The notes under the pieces: generated by a model | What the model was told of the DNA's origin: nothing | The model's database searches: none | What the model saw: the letters and a program-made list of their open reading frames with translations, nothing else | Shown here: positions 36,001 through 45,005 of the stretch, one piece after another | Numbering within the stretch: position 1 is the stretch's first letter | How the letters are laid out: every line of letters begins with the position of its first letter | Program-made: the position numbers and the translations under genes | Source: a virus | Reading direction: 5' to 3' (one strand) | Length of the DNA stretch: 64,000 nucleotides | Virus record (IMG/VR): IMGVR_UViG_3300037245_002806 | Coordinates: 35,906 to 99,905 of that record

Positions 36001-38356
36001 AAGATTCCGCAAGCTCTCGCGCTTTCTCCCCGGTAGCATCGGCCTCTAACGCCAACTCCGCCATGCGCTCTTTTACCTGTGCCAAAAGGGGTTCAACGCT
36101 CGCCCCGTTGGCCGCCAAAACCTCCAAGCTGTTGGCAACGTCTTCCACGCCGTCTTTGGTTAACTGCGCCACCCCGCCAATGCTGGCGATCGCCGCGGTG
36201 ATCACGTTGGCTTCTCGTGCCGCCGCCACTGAGGTTTTAAGACTAGCGGCCACCCCTTGCACGGCCTCGTCGAACTCCTTTTGCGCTTCCGCCGCCGCCG
36301 CCGCCGCTTGTGCCGCCTTGAACTGTGCTTCCTCGGCCTCGAAAGCCGCCGCGATCATTTCTTTGGTCGCCTCGGCTGCCCCCTCGGTTGTCCCCTGTAG
36401 ATTTTTAAGCTCGGCGTTTATGATTTCCATTGCCCGCGCTTCGTCGGTAATTATTTCGCCGGCGAGCTTAGAAGCCTGCGCCAAAGTCGCCGTGGTTTGG
36501 ATAACCTTGCTTTGCTTGTCTTCCGCCTCGAATATCTGCGCCCCCATCCATGCAATTGCATCGCCGAACTGACTTGCCGCGAAAGATGCCGCTTTAAAAG
36601 GTGCCGTTAGAGCGAAAATGGCCACCTCGACCGCTTTCGCCGCCCCTGGAATCGCCGACACGGCTTCCATTACCCCTTGCCCAAAATCCACCGCCAGATC
36701 CGCAATCCCCGTGAACACCGGCCCGATAAGAGAAAGCGCCCCCTCGATAAGCCCGACGTTTCGCACGGCCTCGCGTGTGGCGTCGTCTACCCCTCGCAAT
36801 TTGTCGCCGTACTCCAAAAGCGCCCCACCTAACTGGGTACCGATCACGGCGCCCGCCCCCACCGCGGCCACGCTCAACGCCGCGGTACCCGCCGCGGCCC
36901 CGGTAAGCGCCGGAATTACCCCGCCCAACTTGGCGGTGATCCCTGCCAGAGCGGTTTTACCACCCAAGGTTGCAAAAGCTCCCGCCAGGCTGCTTGCCGC
37001 GAATGCGAATTGCCCCATGATCATAATCGCCGGCCCCATGGCCGCGGCCAACCCCGCAACCGCGAAAGTCGCCTTCTGTAGGAAGGGGGGCCAATCTGCA
37101 AAAGCCTCCGCCATGCCGGCCAACTTCTCGATCCCCGGTGCAACTACGTCATCGACGAAAGAGCGGAGAATGGGAAGCATCGTATTTCCAAGGGTAATCG
37201 CCACGTCGATTATTGCGGCCTTGGTAAGCTTCATCTGGTTCTCGAAGCTGGCCAACTGCTTCGCCGCGATTTCCTCGGTAGTCCCGCCGGCTTTCCGTAG
37301 CTCGGCCTCATAATTTCGGATTTGGTCGGAAAGCCCGATAAGTGCTTGTAAGCTGGCAACCGACCGATCCGAGAAACCCAACTGGAGCAAAATCGCCTTT
37401 TGGGTTTCGGCGCTCGCCCCGATCAAGCTGTCTTCCAAGTCCTCGATTATATCGGCCATGTTGTTCATGCGGCCAGAAGTATCGAAAACTGCGATCCCTT
37501 GTCGCTCGAAATCCTCTTTGTTTTTGATCGCCTTGGTACTAAGGTCTCGAAGTACGATCCCTAGCTGCTGGCCGGCAATCTGGCCCTTGATCCCTTGGTC
37601 TGCAAAAGCGGCCAAAACCGCAACGCCTTCCTCCACGTCTTTGTTGATCAATTTTAGGGCGGTACCCGCTCGGGTGGTGAGTGCGATGGAAAACTGCTCC
37701 ACCGATGCGTTGGCCAAAGTGTTGGCTTTTACCAGAACGTCGGAAACCCGCGCCATACCTTCCATGGTTGCTGTTACGTCGATCGCCTGGGTATCGGTAT
37801 CTCGAATCGTAAGCCCCAAGGCCGATTGTGCATCGGTAAGTAGGTCGGTCGCCGTCGCCATGTCAAACATGCCGGCTTGGGCAAACTTCGAAACGAGGGG
37901 AAGCGCCCCGATGCTAGCCGCTGCATCCAACCCTGCCGACGCCAGAAAGAAGTAAGAATCCGCCGCCTCGGTTGCCGAAAATATGGTTTCCTTGGCAACC
38001 GAGCGGGCGGTATCTTCCATCGCCACTTTCATCTCGTCGAACTGCTCCACCGTCTCGGTGCCCAAGTCCCCCATGATCGCCATGCTGGCCGTCATGCTCG
38101 ACTCGAAGTCGCTGGCAAACTTGATCGCCGCCCCGGCTGCCAATGTAAGCGGTAAGGTGATCGCCGCGGTCATCCCACGCCCAACGGTGGAAAGTCCTTG
38201 CCCAACCGCTGCCAATTGCTGTTGAGTCTTCATCAATTGATCTTGGGCTTTCTTGGCTTTGGTGGCCATCTTTTCGAAAGCCGTGCCCGCCGCTTTTACA
38301 CCGGTAACGGCCCCGCTGGAATCTACTACCAGATCAATTCGAACTGTGTTGGCCAT
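33083..38356 (-). CDS. tape measure protein
   Basis: 1757 aa Ala/Gly-rich; TP901-like core (ITLPL, DFESSM, FSATEAA, LASAGLD); follows the chaperone pair. Confidence 0.95.
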   Translation of the reverse strand: MANTVRIDLVVDSSGAVTGVKAAGTAFEKMATKAKKAQDQLMKTQQQLAAVGQGLSTVGRGMTAAITLPLTLAAGAAIKFASDFESSMTASMAIMGDLGTETVEQFDEMKVAMEDTARSVAKETIFSATEAADSYFFLASAGLDAAASIGALPLVSKFAQAGMFDMATATDLLTDAQSALGLTIRDTDTQAIDVTATMEGMARVSDVLVKANTLANASVEQFSIALTTRAGTALKLINKDVEEGVAVLAAFADQGIKGQIAGQQLGIVLRDLSTKAIKNKEDFERQGIAVFDTSGRMNNMADIIEDLEDSLIGASAETQKAILLQLGFSDRSVASLQALIGLSDQIRNYEAELRKAGGTTEEIAAKQLASFENQMKLTKAAIIDVAITLGNTMLPILRSFVDDVVAPGIEKLAGMAEAFADWPPFLQKATFAVAGLAAAMGPAIMIMGQFAFAASSLAGAFATLGGKTALAGITAKLGGVIPALTGAAAGTAALSVAAVGAGAVIGTQLGGALLEYGDKLRGVDDATREAVRNVGLIEGALSLIGPVFTGIADLAVDFGQGVMEAVSAIPGAAKAVEVAIFALTAPFKAASFAASQFGDAIAWMGAQIFEAEDKQSKVIQTTATLAQASKLAGEIITDEARAMEIINAELKNLQGTTEGAAEATKEMIAAAFEAEEAQFKAAQAAAAAAEAQKEFDEAVQGVAASLKTSVAAAREANVITAAIASIGGVAQLTKDGVEDVANSLEVLAANGASVEPLLAQVKERMAELALEADATGEKARELAESFDEFKPAALAQEVAIFSAAIEGIGPVSELSADGAMKLAEMLATLEEQTGALPPELQALKAELSDLGFDEAGAAVREFVAELEKAGFDSQAQRVQTLTKGVQQFGGVAALTAKQIQAIATEAEGLVDAGEDVGKTLQEIIKEAERLGDVDATEKLTAQFTELNGVMSEDTARSLQVVEDSILAAMEAGEGATQEFQDAAIAALDDIAAKSPEAAAAVELIKDEFGLASSSAIDFGGIMADLSNIMQAFGVSAGSSLGIAVAGIQQLGASLPAIRDFQQSILGGEGTGAEKLQAGAGAVAGGIAGVAGATGSGGAAVSAAKGAMAGAAAGGQVGGPIGAGVGAAIGGLVGFFRGRGREQLASEIRDSVGATVSEELAKAIKEGAEAAGRTIEQESLLNLGDIIAQEGFEAFEDGVAGASEAAVKLLTEVAAGTLPVEEGLAEVGEAFGLMAQESFEAGKVADAALLNIVMATRELGQEVPEVAAFVSAALQEAAEGIGKFVGGIQIVDPQDAQDQATIFAGAFFATMESEGLLAAVDAFKPAFDKLKEQLQEFGGEGVNFGGVQRLFQIAGQEEFRPLLEGVEGLNQALVGMANSGYLTADSFSAFQRQGAAAFEQLTAAGLKENEALQQMAPFLQSAIDAAERFGIPLDANTQALITQAEAAGIAFATDPMNVMADALGLIAELLGATQEQLAGLGETAAATGETLSTSLGEESTAGLNAGLAGANEQLGEIDSGLAGLSDTAATSVGEISDTFAAGGESIVAGLGPVSDALETELRNVGTETAAALDSAFDSTNKAIEEGLGAVADTFTGPVVAGANAAVTATMRIADAAREAARAAAEIEFPDAPRGDGGGGGGGGGGSRSTASGFGGLVGATTRFTVHPNEFVSVIPAGKTNALRAGRDVSAQGGFGGFNLQFGDINLGGISAPVERDAKGEERIGMTKQELADALREIIDEDFQGVVTDSMREALFEQN

Positions 38357-38359
38357 TAT

Positions 38360-38827
38360 CTACCGCCGTCTAGATTGTGGTCGTCTAGGAACAGAAGGGG
38401 CTCTAGATCCTCCTCTAGATCCGCGACCCCTTGGCTTTTTTGGTCCAGAATCGGAAGAAATACCCATGGCGCCCATGGCTTCAGGGCCTTGCATGGCATA
38501 TATAGAGCGTCGAAGTGCCCGCAAAACCTTAATGGGGTGAAATATTTTTTCGAGTTGTGCCCGTAGTGCGTCGAAAAAGGGGTTAAATCTGGGGGCCATT
38601 GCCATCCAAAGCAAGTCGGATGCAAGATCGTTACCCTTGTCGAGGATAACGAGCGGGCAAGCTCGCTCCTTTGCTTGCTGGAACCGCTTGATAGATTCCT
38701 CGTGCATGCACGCCGCCCCATCGCTCGATCCCCCGTAATACTTTGCAAAAACCTTGCACCGGTCGCACTGCTCTGGCGATATGTGGCCAAACTCCAATTT
38801 AAAGGCTAGCCACTCGCGGAGTTTTTT
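38360..38827 (-). CDS. tail assembly chaperone, frameshift (T) segment
   Basis: No good own start; reached by -1 slip at A AAA AAC (38827-38821) giving ...RKKLREWLAFKLEFGH... Confidence 0.75.
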   Translation of the reverse strand, partial: KKLREWLAFKLEFGHISPEQCDRCKVFAKYYGGSSDGAACMHEESIKRFQQAKERACPLVILDKGNDLASDLLWMAMAPRFNPFFDALRAQLEKIFHPIKVLRALRRSIYAMQGPEAMGAMGISSDSGPKKPRGRGSRGGSRAPSVPRRPQSRRR

Positions 38828-39432
38828 CTTAGACGGCTCTCATTGTCCTTTTCCGCTTGTTCGTACTCGCCCGACGCCTCGATGCACTTGGTTTTGATTG
38901 CCGTAAACCGATCCAAAAGGTGCCGCTTGATCTCTTCGGTGAGGTGGCCATCCAATCGAATGTCGTCCCCCGCTTTGATCTGCGGTAGATTCGCCCCGCT
39001 CTCGGCGTATCCCTTCTGGTACATTTTAACCGCTTCCTCGTCGCCGGCTTCCACCCACATGTTGTAGGTGCCTAGCCACATCCACATGCACTTTTCGAAG
39101 ATAAACCGGTTGAGATTGTCGTTTTCCCAGTATTCCTCAGACCGCACGTTGCCGAATCCGTCTTTTACCTGGCGCTTGGAAATATACATTTCCCTAAGCT
39201 CCTGGTTTACCTCGAAGGGCATTCGGCGCAAAACCAACCCAACCTCCACGGTCTCTCGCTCTTTGTCGGTCAACTTGGTTGTGTCGAGCTTTACGCTCTT
39301 CGAGCCCTTTGGCCGGCGCTTCCGCACCTCGGAAAGCCGGTTGCCCATCTTCCATTTGTCGCCAGGATCTTTGTCGTGATCCACGACGTCTCGGAAAAAC
39401 GAATCTATCTTGTTTGCCTTTGCTTCTGTCAT
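38806..39432 (-). CDS. tail assembly chaperone (G)
   Basis: GGGGAGGA SD before MTEAK; between tail tube and tape measure; slippery heptamer near 3' end. Confidence 0.75.
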   Translation of the reverse strand: MTEAKANKIDSFFRDVVDHDKDPGDKWKMGNRLSEVRKRRPKGSKSVKLDTTKLTDKERETVEVGLVLRRMPFEVNQELREMYISKRQVKDGFGNVRSEEYWENDNLNRFIFEKCMWMWLGTYNMWVEAGDEEAVKMYQKGYAESGANLPQIKAGDDIRLDGHLTEEIKRHLLDRFTAIKTKCIEASGEYEQAEKDNESRLRKNSASG

Positions 39433-39556
39433 GTGGTCCTCCCCGACCTTACGTGCCTTTTGGCTTGTTTTGGTTGAGGCGCCGGGTTTTAGGACGGTAC
39501 CCGCCCCGCTGCCCGGCTGCCTTTCGGTCGCCCATTCCATCGCTCTCGATGGCTTT

Positions 39557-39572
39557 CTATATCACCACCCGC
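39557..39572 (-). promoter_or_regulatory. putative late-promoter motif
   Basis: GCGGGTGGTGATATAG directly after tail tube stop. Confidence 0.7.
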
Positions 39573-41045
39573 CTACACGGTAACGAGCGGGTTGGTTTCC
39601 AGTCCACTTACCAAGTCGAGCACCACGGCGCTTGCCCCGTAGCCCGTCGGAAAAGCGGTGGGATCCGCCAACGCTCTTGCCGCGGAGAATTCCGCGGTGT
39701 ACCCGATCCGACCCGGCCCGCCCATGTTGGGAGAAGCCGATCCGAACTTCACCTCGGGAAAATAGAGGTGCATACTCGGGAAAACGCTCGCCGTGATCAA
39801 GGTGTTGCCTGTGAAGGTCCACTGCATCGAAAGGGGATCCTTGTTCTGGGCAACATCTACGATCCGCTCCGTTTCGTATACCGGGAAGGTGAGAGACCCG
39901 GAAACGTCGAAAAACCCATCCTCGGTCGCTTCGTCGATTTCGCGCTTGTACCTGGTCGTAACCTGGTCGGTTGCCATGTTGTTGTTTAGCGTGATCTCGA
40001 ATGCCGACGGATAGATCAAGTCGGAACCGAGCACCGATGCCGCGCCCGGTGCATGCAAGGACATAACGAGATCCTCGAAAAGCGCAAACTGCCGCTCTGC
40101 GGGAACCGTGATCGACGCCATCGTTGCCTCGTTGTTGGTCCCAAGGGTTCGATTCCGGTTGAGCCCACTGGCCACGATGGTCGCGGTGATCTCGGTGATC
40201 TGGCCGGCTGCCCCGGAAAGGGTGATCTGTCCAATCTTTACGCTTGGGTACTCCCACACCGAAACCTGCTTGTCGAGCACCAACGTTCCCATAAGCCCGG
40301 TAAGGCTGGCCGCCGGCGAAAAGCTGTGCAAGTATGCCGCCTCCCCGCTCTGTGCCACCGGGTTGGCCACTTGGCCGAACGCGAGCCCCAAGAGAACTTC
40401 GAGCCCCCGGTATTTGAAATCCATAGCAATGTCGCCGCTGTGGAATTCGTTACCACGGTCCCCGGAAACTCTCGACCGGACCCCCGTTGCGCCGTCGGAA
40501 TCGATCAACTGCACGTCGAAGGTGATCCCCTCGGTCTTCATTTCGAGCCCGTCGTTTGCTCCTACCAGGATTTCGTTGCGCCACGTCTGGCCGTCGAGCC
40601 CACCGGAAAGGGTGGTTGCGCTCGCTGTCCAATCGTTTAACGTGTCGGTCATCGAAACCGCCAACGCAATCGCATCGCCCGCGGTGCCGCCTTCCTTCGC
40701 CCGAGCAAGAAAATCGTCGGTACCGGAAACCGCGGCCTCGCACGTGGGATGCAAGGTCATGTTTACCGCATAGATCGTGCCCGCCCCGGCTTCGAGATTG
40801 ACCGCCGCGATCATGTTGTTCCGGCAATCGGCCACCAACGCCCCGATCTGTACCTGGCCGTCTGCCGGCGCCGCGGTAACATCGACCACCCAAGTGTAGA
40901 CCTTTATATCAATGGTGATCGTGTCGTTTGGTGTCGGAATCGCACCACCAAACAGGAAGATCTCTTGCGCGCATACCGTGAGCCCATTGGTCGCAAGGCC
41001 GGCGGTTACGGCAAATCCTTTTGCTACCTCGTCTATACATGCCAT
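39573..41045 (-). CDS. major tail (tube) protein with N-terminal extra domain
   Basis: Position; GGAGGTAG SD; SGDI.M...Y.GLE.LLG.AFG, Y.H.F, FEITLNNN, VSGSLTF tube-like motifs. Confidence 0.8.
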   Translation of the reverse strand: MACIDEVAKGFAVTAGLATNGLTVCAQEIFLFGGAIPTPNDTITIDIKVYTWVVDVTAAPADGQVQIGALVADCRNNMIAAVNLEAGAGTIYAVNMTLHPTCEAAVSGTDDFLARAKEGGTAGDAIALAVSMTDTLNDWTASATTLSGGLDGQTWRNEILVGANDGLEMKTEGITFDVQLIDSDGATGVRSRVSGDRGNEFHSGDIAMDFKYRGLEVLLGLAFGQVANPVAQSGEAAYLHSFSPAASLTGLMGTLVLDKQVSVWEYPSVKIGQITLSGAAGQITEITATIVASGLNRNRTLGTNNEATMASITVPAERQFALFEDLVMSLHAPGAASVLGSDLIYPSAFEITLNNNMATDQVTTRYKREIDEATEDGFFDVSGSLTFPVYETERIVDVAQNKDPLSMQWTFTGNTLITASVFPSMHLYFPEVKFGSASPNMGGPGRIGYTAEFSAARALADPTAFPTGYGASAVVLDLVSGLETNPLVTV

Positions 41046-41113
41046 TTTGCCCTACCTCCAAGTCCGCTCGCCTCTGGGCTCTTCCCGGTAACCCCGTGCC
41101 GAACAGGTTTAGA

Positions 41114-41485
41114 TTATTCGCCCCCCTTTGGGGCGGAATCCTCGGCCACCTTGGTCGTGGATCCCTCTACCTTGCCGAATATCCGCCGTTTGACCTTTGG
41201 TTTTTCGGCCTCGATCTCTTTTGGAGCCTCTTGCTTCGGCTCTTCTGGTTTCGGCGCTGGCTTCGGCTCCTCTGGTTTTACCCACTTCGCCGAGCCCTGC
41301 ATTACCAAAACCCCCGCCAGGCTTTGCCCTACCTCTTTCTCCTGGTAGCAAAGCCCAACCTCCAACGTTACTTGCGCCTTGGCGAAAGTAAAAATGCTTC
41401 CTGGGTTCCTGTCAGTGCGTGGCCCCAAGAATAAAAGCCGGCGCTCGCCGATCTTCCAATCCTCGCCGCAACATGGTTTCCCCAT
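41114..41485 (-). CDS. hypothetical protein, Pro/Glu/Lys-rich tail
   Basis: AAGGAAGAG SD; overlaps glycosyltransferase 3' end by 74 nt. Confidence 0.55.
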   Translation of the reverse strand: MGKPCCGEDWKIGERRLLFLGPRTDRNPGSIFTFAKAQVTLEVGLCYQEKEVGQSLAGVLVMQGSAKWVKPEEPKPAPKPEEPKQEAPKEIEAEKPKVKRRIFGKVEGSTTKVAEDSAPKGGE

Positions 41486-42587
41486 GGTCTCTCTTCCTTT
41501 CTATCCACGAAATGAGCCGCCGCGTCGTCGATTCCCAAGTGTAGGTGCGGGCGGTGGATGTGCCATTCTTTCGAATTGCTTCCGCCGCCGGGCTGCCCCA
41601 TTGGTGCACTATTGCCTTCAGGCAAGCGGCCACGCTATCGACCGTTGGTATGTTTTGCTCCCATTCCATGCCGTACCGCATGATCTGTTTTTGCGGCCTC
41701 GGGATCACCACCGCGGTGCTCTCTCGCACGAATTCGGAAAGCCCGCCCACATCGGTGGAGCATACCAGGCAACCCGCCGCCATTGCTTCGAGCGGTGGAA
41801 GCCCGAACCCTTCACCCAAGCTCGGGAACAGAAAAATATCTGCCGTCCCGTATAGCTTGGCCAAGTCTTCGTGCCCCATGTGCCGGGTATCTATGATCAC
41901 CCGCCCGTCACCGTATGGATCCTCGATCGATTGTTTTTTGGGATCGGCCAGGATTTTAACGTATAGCTGCACGGTTTTGGCAATGTCCACCCCGAGCTTA
42001 TCGTTTACCGTGCCACTCAAGGCGCCCCCGAAAGCCTTATTCCACGCCGGCGCCAATAGGCCATGGCCCTTTCTCGGGTTGTTCGCCCCGACGAAAAGTA
42101 CCCGCAACCGTTCGCACCCCGGTCCGGTAAGCATCTTCCGGCTGGTATCGAGATCGCAGAAAAACGGCGCCACCCCCAACGGGTTTACCTCGGAATCGAT
42201 CCCGCTCCCCAAGAAAGTCTTCTGCACGAACTGAGATGGCACCATTATTGCATCGGCTTTTTCGACGTTGCTCGTAATATCGAACCCCTTGCCGCTTTGC
42301 TGCCCGATCACCCTCGACGGCAAAACCGGTGCCTCCCACATGGTAAAGAGTAGGTTTTGCGCCCATTCGAGCCCCGATGGGTCGAACCGGTGCGGTGGGC
42401 AAAAGTGCAAAATCTGGTCGATCCCCGTTTTCCGCAAGTGCCGCTTGTGCTGGTTCGCCGGCCCAATGTCGATCAACTCGACCCCTGCATGTTTGAGCCC
42501 ATAATACAGGTTAACCTGTGTGGTAAGAAAGCCCCGAGCAACGGGATCGTCCCCCGGTAGCTTATATGCGTAAAATCCGATCTTCAT
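41412..42587 (-). CDS. GT-B (GT4-like) glycosyltransferase
   Basis: Start MKIGFY (ATGA overlap); LFTMWE, LFVG...RKG, ADIFLFPSLGEGFGLPPLEAMAAG. Confidence 0.9.
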   Translation of the reverse strand: MKIGFYAYKLPGDDPVARGFLTTQVNLYYGLKHAGVELIDIGPANQHKRHLRKTGIDQILHFCPPHRFDPSGLEWAQNLLFTMWEAPVLPSRVIGQQSGKGFDITSNVEKADAIMVPSQFVQKTFLGSGIDSEVNPLGVAPFFCDLDTSRKMLTGPGCERLRVLFVGANNPRKGHGLLAPAWNKAFGGALSGTVNDKLGVDIAKTVQLYVKILADPKKQSIEDPYGDGRVIIDTRHMGHEDLAKLYGTADIFLFPSLGEGFGLPPLEAMAAGCLVCSTDVGGLSEFVRESTAVVIPRPQKQIMRYGMEWEQNIPTVDSVAACLKAIVHQWGSPAAEAIRKNGTSTARTYTWESTTRRLISWIERKRDHGETMLRRGLEDRRAPAFILGATH

Positions 42588-43207
42588 GCCGCCTCCCCGT
42601 AACGTGCAATCTGCTCGTGGTACCAGTCCATCGCCTCGTCTAAAAACCCCATGGGGTGTCCGTCTATCGTGACCTTCCCATTGGCGTCGTATTCGGCCCG
42701 CTCCGGCCTCGTCCCCTGTGGAAACCCGCTGTTTACCTTCGGCCATTCCTTGCAGAATTGATCGTAAGCCAAAGCATCCGGTAAGGTTTCGAGATGTTTT
42801 GCGACCCGCCAGATCTTGATCCCTCTGTCGAAGTCCTCCTCTATCGGTAGAAAAACGTAATTGTACCGGCCAACGGATTCCTTTAGCGTTTTCCAAAAAG
42901 AAACGGCAGTGGTTCTGGAAGCGTTTCGCCGGCCACCGTTCATCCGTTGCCACCGGGTAATGTATTGCGCCACCGGCGATCGCAACGGGATCACGGTTTT
43001 TACTTCGGGGTGTTCCTGGGTAACTAACCGCAATCGCTCCGCGTCCACATGGTGCGCGGCGTAGCACCTCGAATCGACCGGGCTTGCTAGCATTTTCTCC
43101 AGAGATACCGGCGCATAATTAAAGCACACCTCGATGAGCTTCCGGGTAAAGCCGGTCCCGGTGCCCGGTACGCTGTAAACCAATGCCTTTTTGCCTAGAA
43201 CGTTCAT
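42584..43207 (-). CDS. putative sulfotransferase-fold protein
   Basis: VYSVPGTGTGFTRKLI resembles the 5'-PSB loop; IPLRSPVAQYIT resembles the 3'-PB R.P motif. Confidence 0.5.
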   Translation of the reverse strand: MNVLGKKALVYSVPGTGTGFTRKLIEVCFNYAPVSLEKMLASPVDSRCYAAHHVDAERLRLVTQEHPEVKTVIPLRSPVAQYITRWQRMNGGRRNASRTTAVSFWKTLKESVGRYNYVFLPIEEDFDRGIKIWRVAKHLETLPDALAYDQFCKEWPKVNSGFPQGTRPERAEYDANGKVTIDGHPMGFLDEAMDWYHEQIARYGEAA

Positions 43208-43458
43208 CGCCACCCCGCCTCTTGCCGGGCTGTTTTTACCCAATCCGCCGACTCATCCCAAAGTAGATCGCCCTCGACCCCTTGCCCCGCCGGCGGTGGA
43301 TTTTCCTCGGTGTACGGCTTTTGCTCCGGCTTTTGCTGTAGCGTTTGCTCTAGCAAAAGCTGGCTTTGGCACTTGCTTACCATGCGGTTGGTACGGTAAG
43401 CAATCCGCAAGGCGATTACCGAGACCACAAAAGCCACCGCCGCGATAATTAGGTTCAA
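43204..43458 (-). CDS. small membrane-anchored protein (84 aa)
   Basis: TTGA overlap start; N-terminal TM LIIAAVAFVVSVIALRI. Confidence 0.5.
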   Translation of the reverse strand: MNLIIAAVAFVVSVIALRIAYRTNRMVSKCQSQLLLEQTLQQKPEQKPYTEENPPPAGQGVEGDLLWDESADWVKTARQEAGWR

Positions 43459-43943
43459 GGGTTGTACCTTACCTTTGCATTGCCGTTGGCATCGACCTGG
43501 TGGAGCCCTTGCCCCTCGGTACCAGGATCGCTCGCCCCGATAATGTGCTGTCCGTTCATCGGCGCCCGCGGCCAACCGACCGCAACGGACAAGAAATCCA
43601 AAACAAAATTTGTGCCAACCGCGGCGACGTGCCCGATCCGGAAGTATCGGAAGCTCGGAAGCGAAAGCGTCCGGCTCTGCACTACCACCAAATACTTGGT
43701 GTTGGCGGTGACTACGATTGCGGTATCTGTCCACACCGTTTGCCATCCCGATGTTCCGTTTTTGCTCTCTTGGATCAACATCTGCAACGTCATGGCGCCG
43801 GTAACCGCTCCGATGGCGGCGTAGTGGTGTAATTCGCGGTAGTCCATCCGATCCGCCGTGGTGTAAACCGTTGCCGGCGTAACGGTGCCTTTGGATTCGT
43901 GCCCAATAACATAGTCGGTAATGTCGAACTGTGCCTTGCTCAT
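43455..43943 (-). CDS. putative capsid decoration/cement-like protein (162 aa)
   Basis: D..DY....GAVTG...IQES.NG.SGW...FRYFRI jelly-roll pattern, resembling 46513-47277. Confidence 0.55.
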   Translation of the reverse strand: MSKAQFDITDYVIGHESKGTVTPATVYTTADRMDYRELHHYAAIGAVTGAMTLQMLIQESKNGTSGWQTVWTDTAIVVTANTKYLVVVQSRTLSLPSFRYFRIGHVAAVGTNFVLDFLSVAVGWPRAPMNGQHIIGASDPGTEGQGLHQVDANGNAKVRYNP

Positions 43944-43954
43944 TCCTGCCCCCT

Positions 43955-44443
43955 TTATGGCTGGTCTCTTCGCCAGATGTATTTGAATTCCCACCGACTA
44001 GATACGATGGCGAAATTCGGCCACGCGGTAAACGCGAATTTTACATTGGTTAGATTGCTATTGTACGCGGTGCACCCGCGCCGGAAATCCACCAAAACCG
44101 CCTTTTTTATATCATGGGCTACTTCTTGTTGCACTTGCTCTCGGGTGGGTGGCTTTTGCTTCTCGGGCAATAGGCTCCATTTTCCTGCCTTGGCCCCGAC
44201 TATAAAAACCTCCAAAGTCGCGTCGAACTGGAAAGCCGTTAGCTCTTTGTTTCGCTCTTCCGGTGCGATCACCCAATAAGCCGTATCCCATTCGGAATTT
44301 TCGAACCACTTGGGAGAAACCCCCGGAGCCCGTGTGACTAGCCGGCCACCGTGGTGGTACTCGGTGCCAACGTCCTTGCCCGTCTTCTTTAGGGTCTCAA
44401 CCAGGTTGTCTAGGATTTGGTTTGCGATCGGAGTCGTTAGCAT
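43955..44443 (-). CDS. putative tail terminator / neck protein
   Basis: Size, position, QILDNLVETLK N-terminus. Confidence 0.55.
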   Translation of the reverse strand: MLTTPIANQILDNLVETLKKTGKDVGTEYHHGGRLVTRAPGVSPKWFENSEWDTAYWVIAPEERNKELTAFQFDATLEVFIVGAKAGKWSLLPEKQKPPTREQVQQEVAHDIKKAVLVDFRRGCTAYNSNLTNVKFAFTAWPNFAIVSSRWEFKYIWRRDQP

Positions 44444-44988
44444 TATAAACTCCCCGCAATTGCCCGATCCATGCCCCTTACCAGAGATTGCGCGATATCT
44501 TCCATAATGGTGTCTTTGGCCGCTTCCAAGGCCGGCTCCATGTATGGCCGCGCCGGGATGTTTGATCCGGGGTGGAAAACGGCTTCCCTAAAAACCATGC
44601 CGCCGTCGCGGCCAATAAAAGCAAGAGTATCAGCTTCCCTCGCCTCGATAAAGTGCGCGCCGGTCCGTCCCCCGAATTCGTGGATCGCTGCGTATTTGGC
44701 GTCGTTCGAAAGCCCGCCCACGTATAGCTCCCCTTGGCGCTCGGTGTCTACTCTCTTCATTCGCTGGCGAAGGTTGCCCGACCGAATCTTTAGCGGCCCC
44801 GGCGGGGCATTCGGCGGGTCTTCTATTGGGTCTCGGCTGGTTCCGCCCACCATAAACTTGGTGATCGAAAGCTCCAGAGCGAAATTTAGCCCGTTGTCCA
44901 TCCCCTCGAAAACGAGTTGGTCCCTGTACTGGTCGAAGCGCAAAAGCGCGCTCGCCGCTTGTTGGGGTGTTATTTGTGTCCCGGCCAT
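44443..44988 (-). CDS. tail completion / virion morphogenesis protein (HK97 gp10/Mu gpG-like)
   Basis: RSGNLR, YAAIHEFGG, IPARPYM. Confidence 0.8.
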   Translation of the reverse strand: MAGTQITPQQAASALLRFDQYRDQLVFEGMDNGLNFALELSITKFMVGGTSRDPIEDPPNAPPGPLKIRSGNLRQRMKRVDTERQGELYVGGLSNDAKYAAIHEFGGRTGAHFIEAREADTLAFIGRDGGMVFREAVFHPGSNIPARPYMEPALEAAKDTIMEDIAQSLVRGMDRAIAGSL

Positions 44989-44989
44989 T

Positions 44990-45005
44990 CTATATCACCA
45001 CCCGC
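44990..45005 (-). promoter_or_regulatory. putative late-promoter motif
   Basis: GCGGGTGGTGATATAG fills the intergenic gap; ATG follows after 1 nt. Confidence 0.7.

Noticed and set aside
33111-38225. Long + strand ORFs opposite the tape measure gene
   Set aside because: Antisense shadows of Ala/Gly-rich codons; Ser/Ala/Pro-biased with no motifs
42588-43067. N-terminal extension of the GT4 ORF in the track (551 aa)
   Set aside because: Overlaps the sulfotransferase-like gene; the ATGA-coupled start at 42587 with GGGGAGG SD is better supported
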